Part shown: positions 1 to 14,230 of the stretch, one piece after another | Layout of the letters: the number at the start of each line of letters is the position of its first letter | Numbering within the stretch: position 1 is the stretch's first letter | Source: Geosiphon pyriformis uo1 | Lineage: Eukaryota > Fungi > Glomeromycota | DNA length: 64,000 bases | Reading direction: 5' to 3' | Assembly: GCA_016748015.1 (NCBI GenBank) | Contig: JAAOMT010000786.1 | Coordinates: 561,814-625,813 of the forward strand | Program-made: the position numbers and the translations under genes | Notes under the pieces: generated by a model | Database searches by the model: none | The model's input: only the letters and a program-made list of their open reading frames with translations | What the model was told of the DNA's origin: nothing

Positions 1-403
1 ACCAAGAAACCTAAACCAGCAACCCCCGAAGCCAAAGCCAATAAATAAACACCAAAAAATGGAACATATAATTTATTTAGATAAAATTTCAAGCTTTTTA
101 TCTGTCAATAGAATCTATTTTCAAATAATCCAATCTCTGCGACATATATACCATAAAACTAAAGAAGGTATAGAATCCAAATGTTGACGTCAACATAGCT
201 TGTGTTACTTTACTAGTTGAATTAGGTAGCCAATTGCCAATGGACAATTTTTAAAAAATTTTGAAGTTCAACTTTCAGCATTTTGCAAAGCTCTACTACC
301 TTAACGCTTTTCTTTATGTGTGGTAGTGTATCAATTTTCAACTACTCTATTCAACTCTTTACGTACGTAACGTAAAGGCCAGTCATTTTCCTACTGTTAC
401 AAA

Positions 404-3400
404 ATGGGAAGCCCACGGGATTTAAATCGTATACTATATGACATTGACGTGATCGCTATTTGGAAACCAGACGATGAAAATGTTGCAGAGCAGGACAATA
501 GTGATTCCCAACTTAGTCTGTTCCGAAATGCTGAGGGCCATCCATCCTATTCTCAGCTCCCAAGACGTGTTTTCCGACAAGTAACCCATCGATTGGCACG
601 TAGTCTGGAAGGCCTTGCAATTTCTACCACTGTCCCTCCTGCATTGTTACAAGCTTTGCCCAAAGTCTTGAGTGAATGGGCTATGCAACTGTCACCAGAT
701 GGGGAGATTCTTGCGATCTTGCAAGAGCATAAAATTGAGTTTCGTGCGAATAAAGATGGTTTCGAGTCAGTGCACTCGATCTACAAGTATACCGTGAAAA
801 GGGACACTTTTCCTAAGTGGAGACGTATTGCTTGGAGCTTAGATTCGAGAATTATCGCTGCATCTCGTAGTGATGGGACCGTTGATGTGGTTGACGTTGA
901 AGGGAAATTGGTGTGTGTCATTTTACCCACTTCGAAAACTTCTAACGTAGTGGTATCTTTGAGCGGAACATTATTGGAAAATGAGACTGAAGCACAACAA
1001 GCTGGTTCAAGCTTTTTCTTAGAACCAGTGGCGTTCTTAGCTTTCGTCGACCCGAAAAGAGGGCTTCGAGAAAGCAGTTACAAAGGATACATTTATCAAT
1101 ATGAGTTAATTGTCATCAGTTATGATGGTATTTTACGTAGCTATTTATTAAATGCAACTGACCCAGCAACCAAGGTAGACTCTTCTTTAAGAAGACCCCC
1201 TACAAGAATCATTTATTCACGGGAAGGTGACTCAGATCCGGGGTTGTTCATGTATTATCACAGGTTTTCGTTTAAACAATGGCTTTCCACTGTTGTATGT
1301 GGGGAAGTTGATCATGAAAGCCGATTATTGTGTCTTGGAGGCAAACCTAACACTCCAAGTGAAGAAAACGGTGTAAAGCCTACCTCTGTTGCATGCTGGC
1401 TTTTATTGGCTGAACGTCCTTTTTATCGAAATCTTGATTTGGAAGTGGCAATGGATCTGCCAATCGAGAAAATAAATCAATTAAGTGAAGAGGCATCAAT
1501 AGATGACTCTGGATTTTTTTCTCGTCTAAAGAATGTTTTTTCTACATGGAGAAAGATGAACAAGGATTTTACCGATGAAATAGTTGTACGAATGGTATTG
1601 TCGCCTGATAAGACATCTCTTTTAACGTTAGAATTTTCCGGAACTATAAAAATTTGGAAAGTGTCACTCAGCAAAGGTGTTGAAGCTATTCAGTCATGGA
1701 ATCCCGATCAACTTAATTATTTTGGTCGAGGACGAGAGTACAAAGAACTTTCTTTGGAACAGTTTAATGAAAAAATTGAAGATATCGAAGATGATGGTGG
1801 CTCGGTTGTTGGGATCGCTGGATTAGATAACGGCATAGTATTATCAATTGGATGGTGGTCAAATAACGCTGTGATTCTTGGTTATCAGAATGGATCTTTA
1901 GTAATCATCAGTCTATCTGAAATGGAAAACATATTGGGTGACGCCCCAGAAGTCTTCAAATCATGTCGCGAGATTACCAGTCAATGGGATAAGAAATTTC
2001 TAGTTATTGAAAATGAGAATAAAACAATTCGAGCTCGGGTTCATGGGGACAATGTTATCTCATATTCGAGAGCACAAGAGGAAGGTGACGATGATGAGTT
2101 TGATGAGGAAAAATCGCTAATGCGAAAAATAGCGTCTGCAATAGGAAACTCATTACATTATGTTACAGATACTTTTTTATGGCATTTTGAAAGTGACTCC
2201 TCATCTATGAGAGGCAAATTTATTACAATATCCAAAAGGACTTTTCGGTTAAATCGTATCTCAAAAATCTTACCGAAAGATTTACTTTATCGTAAAATCC
2301 TTGCTCTAGAATACAACGAAGCATTGGCAATTGCAGAAACATATAAGCTGGATACTGACCCTATTTATCAAGCACAATGGCGTGACGCAGAAATCACTGA
2401 AGTTACGATTCACGATTATCTTGGCAAAGTTCATAATCGTGAATGGGTACTTTCTAATTGTTTGGAGCGCATACCAGACTCGAAAGAAAATGTTCAAATG
2501 TTGCTCGACTATGCATTGGAGCTTTCCAATATTTTGGATCAAATACTGCAAGAGTCATCAGTAACAACTTTTGAACCTGGTTTCGCAAAAAATCTGAGAG
2601 AAAGACCACTTGATAGACTTCCGGAGTTTGAGTTTTTAAACCAAATGAAAATTTCGGAATACCATTTGAACATTTGTCGATATAGATACTATACATTGAA
2701 ATATTTAGACCGCTTGCATACATTTCAAGAAATTCTCAACGCAAGAACTATTCGTGACAGGAATACTGGGTCTATGGAAGCATCAGAGGAAGGGAATTGG
2801 CTGACATTTGCAGATTATACGTTAACGTTTGCTGAGGATTATGCATTATTCCGAGATGTGAACATTGCTGCTCAAGCGATGGATTTCGCGACCGAGGAAT
2901 TTTTTGAAGGATTGCAAATACTTTTTACTAGACATGGACCCGAGACATTACCTTACCGTTTTAACATACTGGAACAAATACCCGAAACATCTGATCCTGA
3001 TGCATATTCTATTTTTTTACCAAGTGTAGGGAACGATAACGAGAATAATCTATGTGAATGCCTTTGGCAGGAAAAACCATGGCGTCAACCTGATTGGGTT
3101 GAGAACCCAATCTTTAAAAGTCGAATATTGGGACAAAATGAATTGGAAGAATGTGATTTTGAAGGAATCGCTCTACACATGACTCCTTATCCAGCTCCAT
3201 CCGCTGATATCACAAAATGGTATTATGATCGAGCCCACAAGATAGACTGTATATCCGGACAAGTAGATACCGCTCTAAAATTTATACGTCATGGTATCGA
3301 GAAAAATGTGCGAGATTTGGAAACTTTGGAAGAAAATCTGCATATGCTTGCTATTCTTGTCTATGAATGTTACTCAGCTTCAGATCCTGTTAGCATCTCC

Positions 3401-5325
3401 ACAACTTTGGTTGAATGGGAAGATTATTCTGAGGCAGAAATTGTTCAAAAATTTCTGGGACAAACCGATAAAACTCGCATCGTTAGTGATGTCAAGCAGT
3501 TCGTTTTACCCTTTTTACAGTTGTTGTCAGCTCGCCATGCTCGCATAGCATCAGATCACCACAATAACAAGTATATGCAATTAGAACCCATGAATCTCCT
3601 GTATGATTACATTTTAACCTTGTCTGAGATTAGACTAGACCTTTGTTGCTTGCTTTTCGAGGCATCTAAACCTACCCTGGGCAAAGAAGAACGCATAATT
3701 GTCTCTGATAAAGATTTGGCCGTTTTGGCGCTCTCTTGTTTATACGGAAATGATAGCAATGATCAGTGGGCGGTCATGACTCGTATTTTTGAATGTCTAC
3801 CGATTTTTGACGTAGAAGTTACCAACGTATCTGATACATTAATTGATATCAAGAATTGGCAAAGTCCTTTAACTCCATCATGTTTTCTTGAACTTTTCAG
3901 GAATAAAAATGAAGAAGAGTTGCAATGCATAATTGAATCTCTGGATATTCATTTGAATGCTGTAGATATACTTTCTCGATATGATAACCCGGTTCCTTTA
4001 CGTTGGTTTCTTCAGAGCCTCAATGATTATCACCTTCAAAAGCAGCTTAGTATAAAGTTGGTCCGTAAAGCAAGTGGTGGACCTGATAGCCGTGGTGAAA
4101 GGTTGGAAAGTGAAGATGAATGGACATTATTACTTGAGGATATGATGAAATTATACGACAATGGAAATGGAGTACTTGGAAAATTATCCATCGAGGAAAT
4201 CTATAAAGATTTTATTTCAGGATTATTGAATTGTGGAAGTATCCTTTGAGATTTTTCACTCAAGTACCTTGGGATAAAGATTGGTTCTTTATCTAAAGAA
4301 TTTTTACAATTACTCTCCATGACTCTTCCATCTGATTGGAATTTAGAGCTTGAGTTGGCACGCGAAATTTTGCTACCAGTGGATCAACCAAAACCTCTGG
4401 AAATTTCGACTGCAGAGAAACTTGTCATTGATGCATCAAGAGAGTTTTTTGACAATGCAACTTCAGGGAATATGCATCATGGATATATGAAGATAGCATA
4501 TCAATGGTCAGAATATTTTATCCTTTCCGAGTCATTTACCACTGTATTAATTAAATCCAAATTATCTATAGCCTCCAAATTCTGCCAAAATCTGATGCCA
4601 TTAAATCGGAATTGGAATTTATAGAAGCGACACACATTCTTACTGAACGAAAGATATTCTACCAGCCGGGTATACCTATTCATCCGATTCAAATCCGACT
4701 CGCTCCAAATCGTCTTGATTTAATCGCACGTTTATTAAGCACAAATGAGACCGTATATCAAAATCCAGAATTAATTCTTGAATTAGCTAGGAAACTTGGT
4801 TTTCGGCAAGACAAAGTCGCTGAAGTCAAAGTGATGGCAATGCTTGCTGATGCTGCATTACGTGCTACTGATTACACAACTGCCTATCAACTGTGTAATG
4901 ATGTGGTGAGAGCAGCAAAGAATATTGCCACAGCAAGTTCAGCCTCTACTTTTGCTATCCCTGGTACCAACTATATCGAGCAATATCCAAAAACAGATTC
5001 ACTAAAATCTCGTGAAGCCAACGACGTATCATGGCGAGTTTGTTATGAAGTTGGTAAACAAGAAAATTTTCCAAATTTGGAACAACGTATGATTCTTCTA
5101 GGATATGCATTGGCTTTTTGTCCAACAGAGCAAGCTATTAATATACTCAATTTATGGCGCAAACTTGAGGCAAAAAACGAAGTACATCTGAAACAAAAAG
5201 CTTCTGATTTATTGGGCACTGAAAAGGCAAGATCAGTTGTAGAAGAAATAAGCGAACTAGGAGTTTTAGGAGCGCCTATTCTAAAAATTGACCGTTTAAA
5301 AAGTCTGGTTAGTAAGTGGTTTTAA
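404..5325 (+). CDS. SEC39: Sec39/NBAS (Dsl1/NRZ ER tethering complex subunit); exons 404-4238, 4347-4506, 4572-5325
   Basis: 1281-aa ORF with N-terminal beta-propeller-like region (KWRRIAWSLDS) and Sec39-like motifs (LFTRHG..LPYRF.IL..IPET.DP; EFFDNATSGN). Two GT-AG introns (4239-4346, 4507-4571) join three ORF pieces in frame (CG-K-LELA; YQ-C-LQILP). Confidence 0.88.
4239..4346 (+). other. Putative U12-type (minor spliceosome) GT-AG intron
   Basis: 5' splice site GTATCCTTT equals the U12 consensus; TCCATGAC at 4316-4323 resembles the TCCTTRAC branch site; phase 1. Confidence 0.65.
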
Positions 5326-6253
5326 TTGGGATAATCATAACCAAATTTGGTTATTGTAATAAGACTGAAAATGAAATTTGTATAAATCCCACCATGATGC
5401 GTGGATGTACTATATTTAATAAATAAATTTGCTTTTTAATATTTAAGACATTCATTCGAATTGATTTTCTGTTAATTAAGAACGCATCAGAATAAATAAA
5501 ATTTTGAAAATACTCGTAAAGATTATATACATTTTCAATACTATCGCGATCATTTGCAATTTTTGATAAAAAACCAATTGTGATATTGCCTATTTAATCC
5601 TGGGTTCCAGGTTAACAGTAAGTGACCGTATCTCTGGGCTATTCATCAAAAACAAAAGTCCACACCAGAGTTAATTGGGCCTTTAACTTGAAACCTCTCG
5701 TAATTCAAACCTCGATGAAAAGTGTCTTCACTATGATAAAATCCGCGTCTTATAGAAATAACTTGTACAATCAGAAGTAATATAAGTGAAGAAAAATGTT
5801 TGCAGGACGCTGAAGAGAACGCTAAAAGGTTAGCAAAGAAAGTGCAAAGTAAAGTCACGAGAGCTAACATTTAGTTAGCTAAAAGTAATTGACTGCATTG
5901 AAGATGATATGTGCTTGCCGTGCATACAAAACTGGCACTATAAGAACAACTATAGTCCTGGTAACATTAATTAAATTCTAAACACCACCTTCTTTACTTT
6001 CTTTCACAGCACAACTTGCCTATTACTTTAAAGGCCAACTTTCTTTTTTCAAATTAACATTAAAAACTCACCTTATCTACTCCGGAAACTCTTGAGTTTC
6101 CTTTCTCTGAACAATTTGAGCGCTTTGGAAGTTGAATGATTTTCCCTAGTCACTAAAAATCAAATTTCCCACAAAATCAATTTATTTTAATTGCGTTTGT
6201 CTTTTGCTAGTCAAAACGACACTTTCTCCACCTTTAATAAAAAGGCACCTCAA

Positions 6254-7144
6254 ATGACTACCAACCAACAGGCGCTCAAGTTGATCTCACTTCCGACAGA
6301 AATCCTCTTTCTTATTGTCTTTTCTATCAATAATCCTAAAGACCTGCGCTCTTTTGCTACCACCAACCGATACTTTAGAGAATTAGCAGGACCACACACG
6401 GTAACCGCGCAACTCTGGTTTGATAAGAATAGTCGTAATATTGCTTCCGAAAAGTTGTTGCGTACAGCAAACGAATGGGGGTTCCCTCTAACAATAGAAC
6501 ATGCGAAAAGGTTGCTCCTGTTGAATGCCCCTACCGAGCCCACATGTTTATTTATTGAGCCCCCAGGTCCTCGAAGGGCCCTGCAAAGAATCGAACGCGT
6601 TCTTCACATTGTTGAGCAATTTGCTTTGTTCTTGCATAACATGTTGGCTGTTAATTATTATTATACCCATGACTGGGATGCATTGCAACTTATTGCTGAC
6701 GAAGTGGACCAGTATCTAGAAGATTATGGTTGGGTGGAATTTTACCGTGGCCAAATGAAAAAGATTGATTCCAGGTTCCCCACGGTGAAGCCTGATGAGG
6801 AGTTTTATTCAGTTGCATTTAAGGTTTATTCCGGAAAACTGAAAAATGAGATTGCTTTGATGTCTACTATAAAAACTAGTCCAAGCAAGAAGACAAAGGC
6901 TAGCAATAGCTATGGCTATTTAGGATTATCCGAAACCGGCAAGGAAAAAGTCCAAGCTCACAGCAATGATAATGAATCTTTTGCTTCAATCTCCAGCGAA
7001 GAATTGTATTTAAAATGGACAAGTTTAATTCAAGATCAATTGGATTTATTTTCATTGGAAAAGCATATCATGGATAAATTCAAGCCTCCTAATAAATGGC
7101 AATTGGCTGAATATTTATCGGCCGTCCTTTCTGGAAATATCTGA
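6254..7144 (+). CDS. F-box domain protein, intronless
   Basis: N-terminal LISLPTEILFLIV...DLRSFATTNRYFREL F-box pattern; first ATG at 6254 inside ORF 6191-7144. Confidence 0.7.
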   Translation: MTTNQQALKLISLPTEILFLIVFSINNPKDLRSFATTNRYFRELAGPHTVTAQLWFDKNSRNIASEKLLRTANEWGFPLTIEHAKRLLLLNAPTEPTCLFIEPPGPRRALQRIERVLHIVEQFALFLHNMLAVNYYYTHDWDALQLIADEVDQYLEDYGWVEFYRGQMKKIDSRFPTVKPDEEFYSVAFKVYSGKLKNEIALMSTIKTSPSKKTKASNSYGYLGLSETGKEKVQAHSNDNESFASISSEELYLKWTSLIQDQLDLFSLEKHIMDKFKPPNKWQLAEYLSAVLSGNI

Positions 7145-8299
7145 TATCTGTTTTTCCATTTGATTCCTCCTTCTGCCCTCAAATATTATCCTGGGATCAT
7201 TTTAGTTTTTAACGAGGAAAAAACGGGAATCTACTCAAAATTGCTATATAGCAATGAGATCCAATGTATCATCAAACAATTTTTTCTCGATATCCATCAT
7301 CATAAATTGCCTCTGTTCAAATTAAAATATTTCCACCCACAAATTAGCACACTCTTCTTGAGAGTTTTTTGAGCTTTAGCCCAAATTATTAGTTTCTTTT
7401 CGAAAGAACTCTTCAATCAGTCGAAAAGCGATTGGAAAGTGGCATCACATATGTTTATCATCACATTTCCTCTGGTCAGACGCATCTAGGTTAAATATGT
7501 ATATAACTTTTTACGCATCATCTTCAAGTTTTTATCCCACTCTTCCCTTCCGCTTCTTCGTACATATTTTTCATTCTCTTTAAATCAAAATATTAACAAA
7601 TAGCCTTTAGGCTTGTCGTGCTGTGATAGACTGCTTTTACAAGAAATACTTTGAATCACTTAATATTACTGGTATTGCTGATAAATGATGATTAAATTAT
7701 TCTCAATGAAAAAATAATGGGTTAAATTATTGAACCGGGGAACAAAGAATAATTGCCAGAATTAAGAGTCAAAATTCGCCTCAATCAATCTGGCCTTTCG
7801 AAAATGATTCTCCAATGCATGGTTGTAACTCGGTGGGTGATGCATGGCCGCATCCTAATATTTACCATTGTGTTATAAATAATCAAAAAAAAAGCCTGAC
7901 CACCAAAGAGGTACAGAGATTGAATCAAAAAATTCAAGCTACTCCTTTTCGCTTATTACAATTTATGTACCTTCAGATTCTTATGTAGATAAAACTTATT
8001 TGTTGGTTGGGTACGAAAATTTCCGCAAAACAATCAAGTGATACATTAGGCTTGATATTCGCAGCTAGTTGACCCAAGATATCCTGTAAAGTGGACAAAG
8101 GTTAAGATGCATTGATCTGATTATAGTGCAGAACATCGAAAAATGTAATTGCTGGAATTAACCAACAGAAGATATTAAAAAGCAAATTTTGGCAAAACAC
8201 AAAAAGTTAAAAATCTATAAATCCAGAATAATCGCTTTAATATGGCTTCAATCACAAAACATTAAGCAAAAACAAACAATTTTTTTTACAAAGTGTGAT

Positions 8300-9450
8300 T
8301 TTACTGCTATTTACTTACATAAAACTAAACATTTTATAATAAGCACAGCTTGCACATTTATCTTTAAACCAAAAAGACCCAATGCTTCTATTTTACTCAA
8401 GTAATCTTTTAACACTTGTTTATAATAACCATGTTTATACATTTATTTTTTATTTAAAATTTAACAAAACTTTAAATATATTAACAATTAAATTAAAAAT
8501 ATTACCAATTTGTTTTTTTAAAAAAACATTTAAGTATTTATTGATAAATTAAAAATTATTTTATAATTAACAAAAAAATAAATTTATTAAAAAACCAATA
8601 AACTAAACAACAAATTCAATTAACCAAACCAACTTGTACAATTAAAATTCCAAAATATTCAATTTTAATTTAATAAAAATATTAAAAACCATTACAAAAT
8701 AAAAAGTTAAAGAAATAACAGCTTTAATATATAATATTAAGCCAATAAACTAAGTATTAAAATTTTTAAACTTAATTAAAAACTTAACAAAAAACTTTAA
8801 TAAACCAAAAAAATTGGTTTTATAACCAAAAACTAAATAATTTAATCTTAATACTTATAATAATATTAATATTTAAAAGTTTTTTACCAAATATAACTTT
8901 TTTTAAAGTATTAATTTTAATAATAACAATATTAAAAACATTTTTGAACTTAAAAATAACAATAATATATTTTTAATAATAATTAAATTTAATAAATTAA
9001 GAAATTAAACAATTAAATTACCAATTTTAAAAAACAATACAGCCAAAAAAAAGTTAATTAATTTGGTTTTACAAATATTTTAAAAAACAATTATTTTTTT
9101 TAATTATTTTTTTTTTACCAAAATTAATTAACAATTAAAACAATTTCAAAAAACTTAATATAAACAAACTTTAAAAACATTTTTAATATTATTTATAAAA
9201 ATATTTAAAAAACATTGTAAAAATTACAATATAAAAACAAAATTAAAAACAAAAACTACAAAAACCTTTACAACTTTAAGAATAATTAAAAATAAAAAAA
9301 CATTAAATTATATATTTTACTAATACTTAAATATAAATTAATAAAATATATAATAATATTATTAATAATTTTAATTAAATTTAAATTTTTAACAAAATTA
9401 TTTGTAAATATTTTAATAATATTTAAATTTATTTTTTTTGATCTTTTTTT
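8300..9450 (-). mobile_element. Extremely degraded LINE relic(s)
   Basis: Minus strand near 9300-9430 reads KIFTNNFVKNLNLIKIINNIIIYF, explicable by G>A/C>T changes from an RNase H motif like EVFTDGS..GLG..G..GAA.YF seen in the intact copies. Boundaries approximate. Confidence 0.5.
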
Positions 9451-9937
9451 AATTACAATAAATTATTAAAACTATATATTATAAAAATACAAATTATTTT
9501 ATTATTAATATTTTAATAAAGTATATTTAAAAATTATTTAATATAATATATCAAACTAAGTAATTTAAATTAGATATTAATCATGTATTTTCTATATATA
9601 ACTAATTATCTAAGTCAATTAAAGCATTAATTAAGCTAAACCAAAAGAAGTTAAGAGTAAATTCTGTTTACTAAGTCTTTTAATAATATTATTCAAATTT
9701 CTAGAATTAAAAATAAATTTACTTAAAAACAATTTATTTTTCTTAATATTATTTTTAATATTAAAACTACATATTTATCACAAAATAATTATATAATTAC
9801 ATATTTTTTTACTCAAAAAACATGCTTTAGCAATACTTAAATCATTATTATTCATATTATTAAATTTAATCTCAGTTTTAAGATTTATAAAGTTTTTAAA
9901 CAAACCAGCTAAAAAAAAACAAAGCTCTAAAAAGTAT

Positions 9938-10714
9938 TATTATTTATAAAAATTAAGAATTATAATAAATAGATAAAATGGCCAATTAGAAATAGGCATA
10001 ATAAAAAAAAATTCCAGAATTCTTTCAAAAAAATTGAAGAATTTCAAAAAATTTTATATAACATAAATTATGTATATATAGCAAAAGTATTAGAAGCAAA
10101 AAAGACAAACAATTCAGTTTAGAACAACAATACCCCTTCTTTCAAAAGATAGTTTTTTATAACTTGAAATGAAATTATACTTATATCAATAAAACATCTA
10201 TTATTATTTAAATTCATATTATTATTACTTAATTAAAAAAATATTAATCTATTTTATATTATTAATGCTTTATATTGATAAAATCTAATATTTAACTACA
10301 TTGAACCAATAGCTCTTGATTATGATTATTAATAGAATATTAATTTCTTATTTTTTTTCTTATTTTCTTTTTATTTTCTTTTATTTTGTTTTTTTTGTTG
10401 TTTACTAATTAATTAAAAGATTAAGCACTAAGTAATTAATATTAAGAATAGTTTGGTAAAAGATCTGGAAACAAAGATAAAAATTTAAAGATAGCTTATT
10501 AGAAGAGCACAATTGCTAAAATAAACTGGTTATTATATTGAAAAAAGAAATTCACAAAATAAAATTATCTATTAAATTTCTATTCATTATACAAAGAACT
10601 TAACCAAAACTTTTAGACTCTAAAATTTTCAAAAACTATCAATATTTTTAACTATTAAGCACCAAATTACGAGTTTGTTATTTGTTTTAACATTCCAAAT
10701 AATTATCTGTAATA
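9938..10714 (+). repeat. 5' LTR
   Basis: Colinear with 14291-15084; the differences checked are mostly transitions. Confidence 0.88.
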
Positions 10715-10716
10715 TT

Positions 10717-10733
10717 TGGTGCTTTCTGTAAAA
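10717..10733 (+). promoter_or_regulatory. Primer-binding site, probably elongator tRNA-Met
   Basis: TGGTGCTTTCTGTAAAA 2 nt after the LTR end; TGG complements the tRNA CCA and the rest fits G>A-decayed TGGTGCT..TGTGAGG. Confidence 0.6.
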
Positions 10734-11650
10734 TATAATTTAACAAAAAACCAGCACTAACATTAATCATCCAAAAAAATTACAGAATTAGAAGTAATAG
10801 GAACAAATTATTTAAAATTTGCCAAATTTTTATTTTAATATTACCAAACTCATCTTGAACTAACAAGTAACTATTGGTTAGCAGAATTAGCTTTCAATTT
10901 ATATGTTAACAAAAAAATTAAATTCTACTTGAGAAACCAAAAAGATCCAGAAGCCATACTTAAAATTTTTTATAGTGAATCACTCTAAAACATTATGTTT
11001 CCATAAAATTATTTGTTTATTTTACTAATCACAAAGATAAATTGAAAAATTGAGAATTACACTCAACAGAAATTTTTTATTATCTTCACAAACAAAAATA
11101 AAGGAAAGTTACAAACTCTAACAGAAAACCAAGAAAAATACAACCACTTACTTAAAAGAAACCAAAAGTTATTTCATCTATTTACTTATTATACTATTAT
11201 ATATCAAGAAGTACTATTCATATATTATTTGGATCTGTATTATTATTAACTGTAAAAACACTATTATCTAAAATACTATTCTAAAATAATTAAAAGAAAG
11301 CCAAATTATTAGAAACCTATGGCAATTTTTTTAAAGAATTTAAATTATAACCAACAATATTATTAAAACTTTGATTACCATTATCTCAACCAAATTTCGA
11401 ATCTACTAGTAATTGGGCAGATACCAAATCAAAAAAAAAAGAAGACAATAATCAGAAAAATAATAATCAAAACCCAATTCCAAATAACTTAAAAGTCTAA
11501 ACTTTAATTGTTTTAATTTAACAAAACCCAAACAATCTAAACCCAGCTCCTATTTTTCCACAAAACTTACCTTTAATTATCTTGATTAATCAACTGTCAG
11601 TAATACCAATTACTATTCAGTAATAACTACAACAATAACAACTTGCACAA

Positions 11651-14230
11651 ATAGTATATACATTAATTGCCAAACTTAAAAAATTTACAAATGAAGAAAA
11701 TAACATTTAAGTATACTTAAATGATATGACAAAAGCCATTGCAGCCAATAAATAGAATAATGCCAAAGCATTTCAAGCCATACTATACTTTTTTTAGAAT
11801 ACTGCTAACTTGTAGTATTAGAGCTTAATCAATAAGTTACAAATCTTTAATGTATTTAAAACCATGTTTTTATAATATTTTAACAATCATAACAGTATTA
11901 ATCAGTTATTAATTAGCTTTACTACTATTAAACAAAACAATACTAAAACAATCACCATATATCTGAAATGTTTCTATCAAAATTTGCACCAAATCCAGAC
12001 AATTAAAGCTAACTACTTTACAACATCACAGATCTTAAATCAATTCATTCATAAATTATACAGCAACTTATTACAATGAGTATGCCTAATATACCCAAAT
12101 ACTTTCTAAGATATAGTTATATATACCAGAAATTTTGAATTGACTGAACTCAAAGCTAACTATATATAAGTCATAAATTTAGTTATAAATGAATTATTTA
12201 AATTGGATTCTAAGCTGAAACAATTTAATAATTCAATCAACCAAAAATTAGAAAGATACTTAACTAACAATCAAGCAATCTATCAATCTCTTTAATATTG
12301 TGACAATTCAGAAAGTTTAAGTTGATTCTAAAATCAGCTGTGTCTATTATTATTATTATTATAAAATTAACTATGACAACAAAAAATGCATAATTGCTAC
12401 TACTGTAATAAACAAGACTATTTAAAAATAGATTGCTGCTTTAGATTTAATAACTCACAATTAGAAAACCAATATAGAAACTCTAATCACAGATTTCAAA
12501 CCCAGAACTACACCAACAATTTGTTATTAGAATTATACTAATCTTATTATGTACCAATAATATAATAATCTATATATATACCCTTAATATATCAAATTTT
12601 AGCACCAGTAATTTATTAATTATAGTCACAAGTAATTTATCAACTTTAACAAATTTAAACACCATTCCAACATATTGTGCTAATATTAATTAGAAACTAA
12701 AAACTAAAAATTATGCACATCTAATAAAACTAGAAATCAGTGATAGTAATGCACTAATCAATTATTGTAATATATAGATGCCAAAGTTAATAAACAATCT
12801 ATTAAATTAATCTTTAATAATAAATCAGCAAGCAGTATTATTACTTGACAATTTATAAACCAATTAGATTGTCAAGTTGATCATACTGCCACAGTTAAAA
12901 TTATTACAACTAATGAAATAACCAAGACTTTTATTGGTAAAATTAATGATTTCTTTTTCAAATTTAATAGCATTATTATATTTATTAAAGTTTTCATTAT
13001 AAAAGTCACATAATACCAAGTTCTTATTAGTAATAACTAACTGTTCAAACTAATATTATGCTTAACTGGAATATTCAAGAGTTATAACTTAGTCAAAATA
13101 GTCAATATACTTGAATACTAGTAATTTTTAGTTATTTTAAAACAATTTAATCACAATTACTAATAGAATTTGAAAAAAAAATAAACAAACTTATCTAAAA
13201 AGCTTATCAAATATTGTGGACTGAAGACAATCACAACAAACTATTACCAATCCTATTGTAAGATAACAAAAAAAAAAAAAAAAGAGAATAAACTGCAAGC
13301 TACTACTTTCACAAAAAAAACAAATAATAGTTGGTATGTTCTATACTTAATAGAACCAAAAAAAACCCACTTTATATTTTATTCAGATACAAAGACTACA
13401 AGAAAAAGTTTTTATTCATAGAAGCTTAAATATTATTCAAAGAAAACTACAAAATCTGTACTTGCTTCTATTGTAAAATGGGCTACTAAAAACATTTTAG
13501 GTATTCAAAATGATAAGAAAAGTAGAACAACAAATTATGTTTCACTTGTAAAGAAACATTACTTAATAAAAGAATATGGAATGACATTCCTGGCTAAAGA
13601 AAAATGTGTGACACATCTTATTAATACACAATTCTTATTAGTAATTGGATAAATTAAAGAATACTTTTTAATATTGTATAGAACCAAGTATTTTTGTATT
13701 TAAATAGCTATCTACATGATGAAAATAAGATTTAAAGAATAACAATTGTTAAAATTAAAAACATTTTACCTAGTAAAATACTTATCATAAAAACCAATAT
13801 ATTAAAACTCATTAAAACTATTTTTATTTCAAATTCAGACATTTTTGTCAATATTTTAAATAATTTAAAGCAATTTCACGAATATTATTAAGATCTAACA
13901 CTTACTAAAGAAAAACAAGAGCAGTATTTAAAACAATTAAATACTAAACTCTGTAAACATTGTCTAATTCTTAGTGACTTTAAATATTGTGACAATTGTG
14001 ATCTTATTTACAATTTATTATTATATATTATTTATTTAATTCCCAAAGAAAAAGAACTAATTAGCAGCTGTGCTTCAAAATTAAAATTAAAATTTAATCC
14101 CAATTTAGTCTTCAATAATAATAACAACAACAGTTTTAACTTTATCCATAATGATAATAACAATAATGATAATTTAAACTTCAATAAAAACTTCAAACAA
14201 TATATTGTGTTTTCAAATCTTTTCAAGAAG
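11651..14230 (+). pseudogene. Decayed gag - CCHC knuckle - aspartic protease - Cys-rich region
   Basis: Gag-like text from 11651; CYYCNKQDYLKIDC at 12395-12436 (decayed CX2CX4HX4C); IKLIFNNKSASSII at 12801-12842 (decayed IKLILDSGSAGSII); CKHCL...YCDNCDLIYN at ~13952-14015. Confidence 0.75.

Noticed and set aside
1-60. Possible LINE 5' end on the minus strand
   Set aside because: Composition is suggestive but the stretch is too short to support.
5646-5870. Short ORFs on both strands between SEC39 and the F-box gene
   Set aside because: No recognisable motif or splice structure.
7160-8200. Gene-like composition with short open stretches
   Set aside because: Could not assemble a coherent reading frame; a pseudogene fragment is possible but unsupported.
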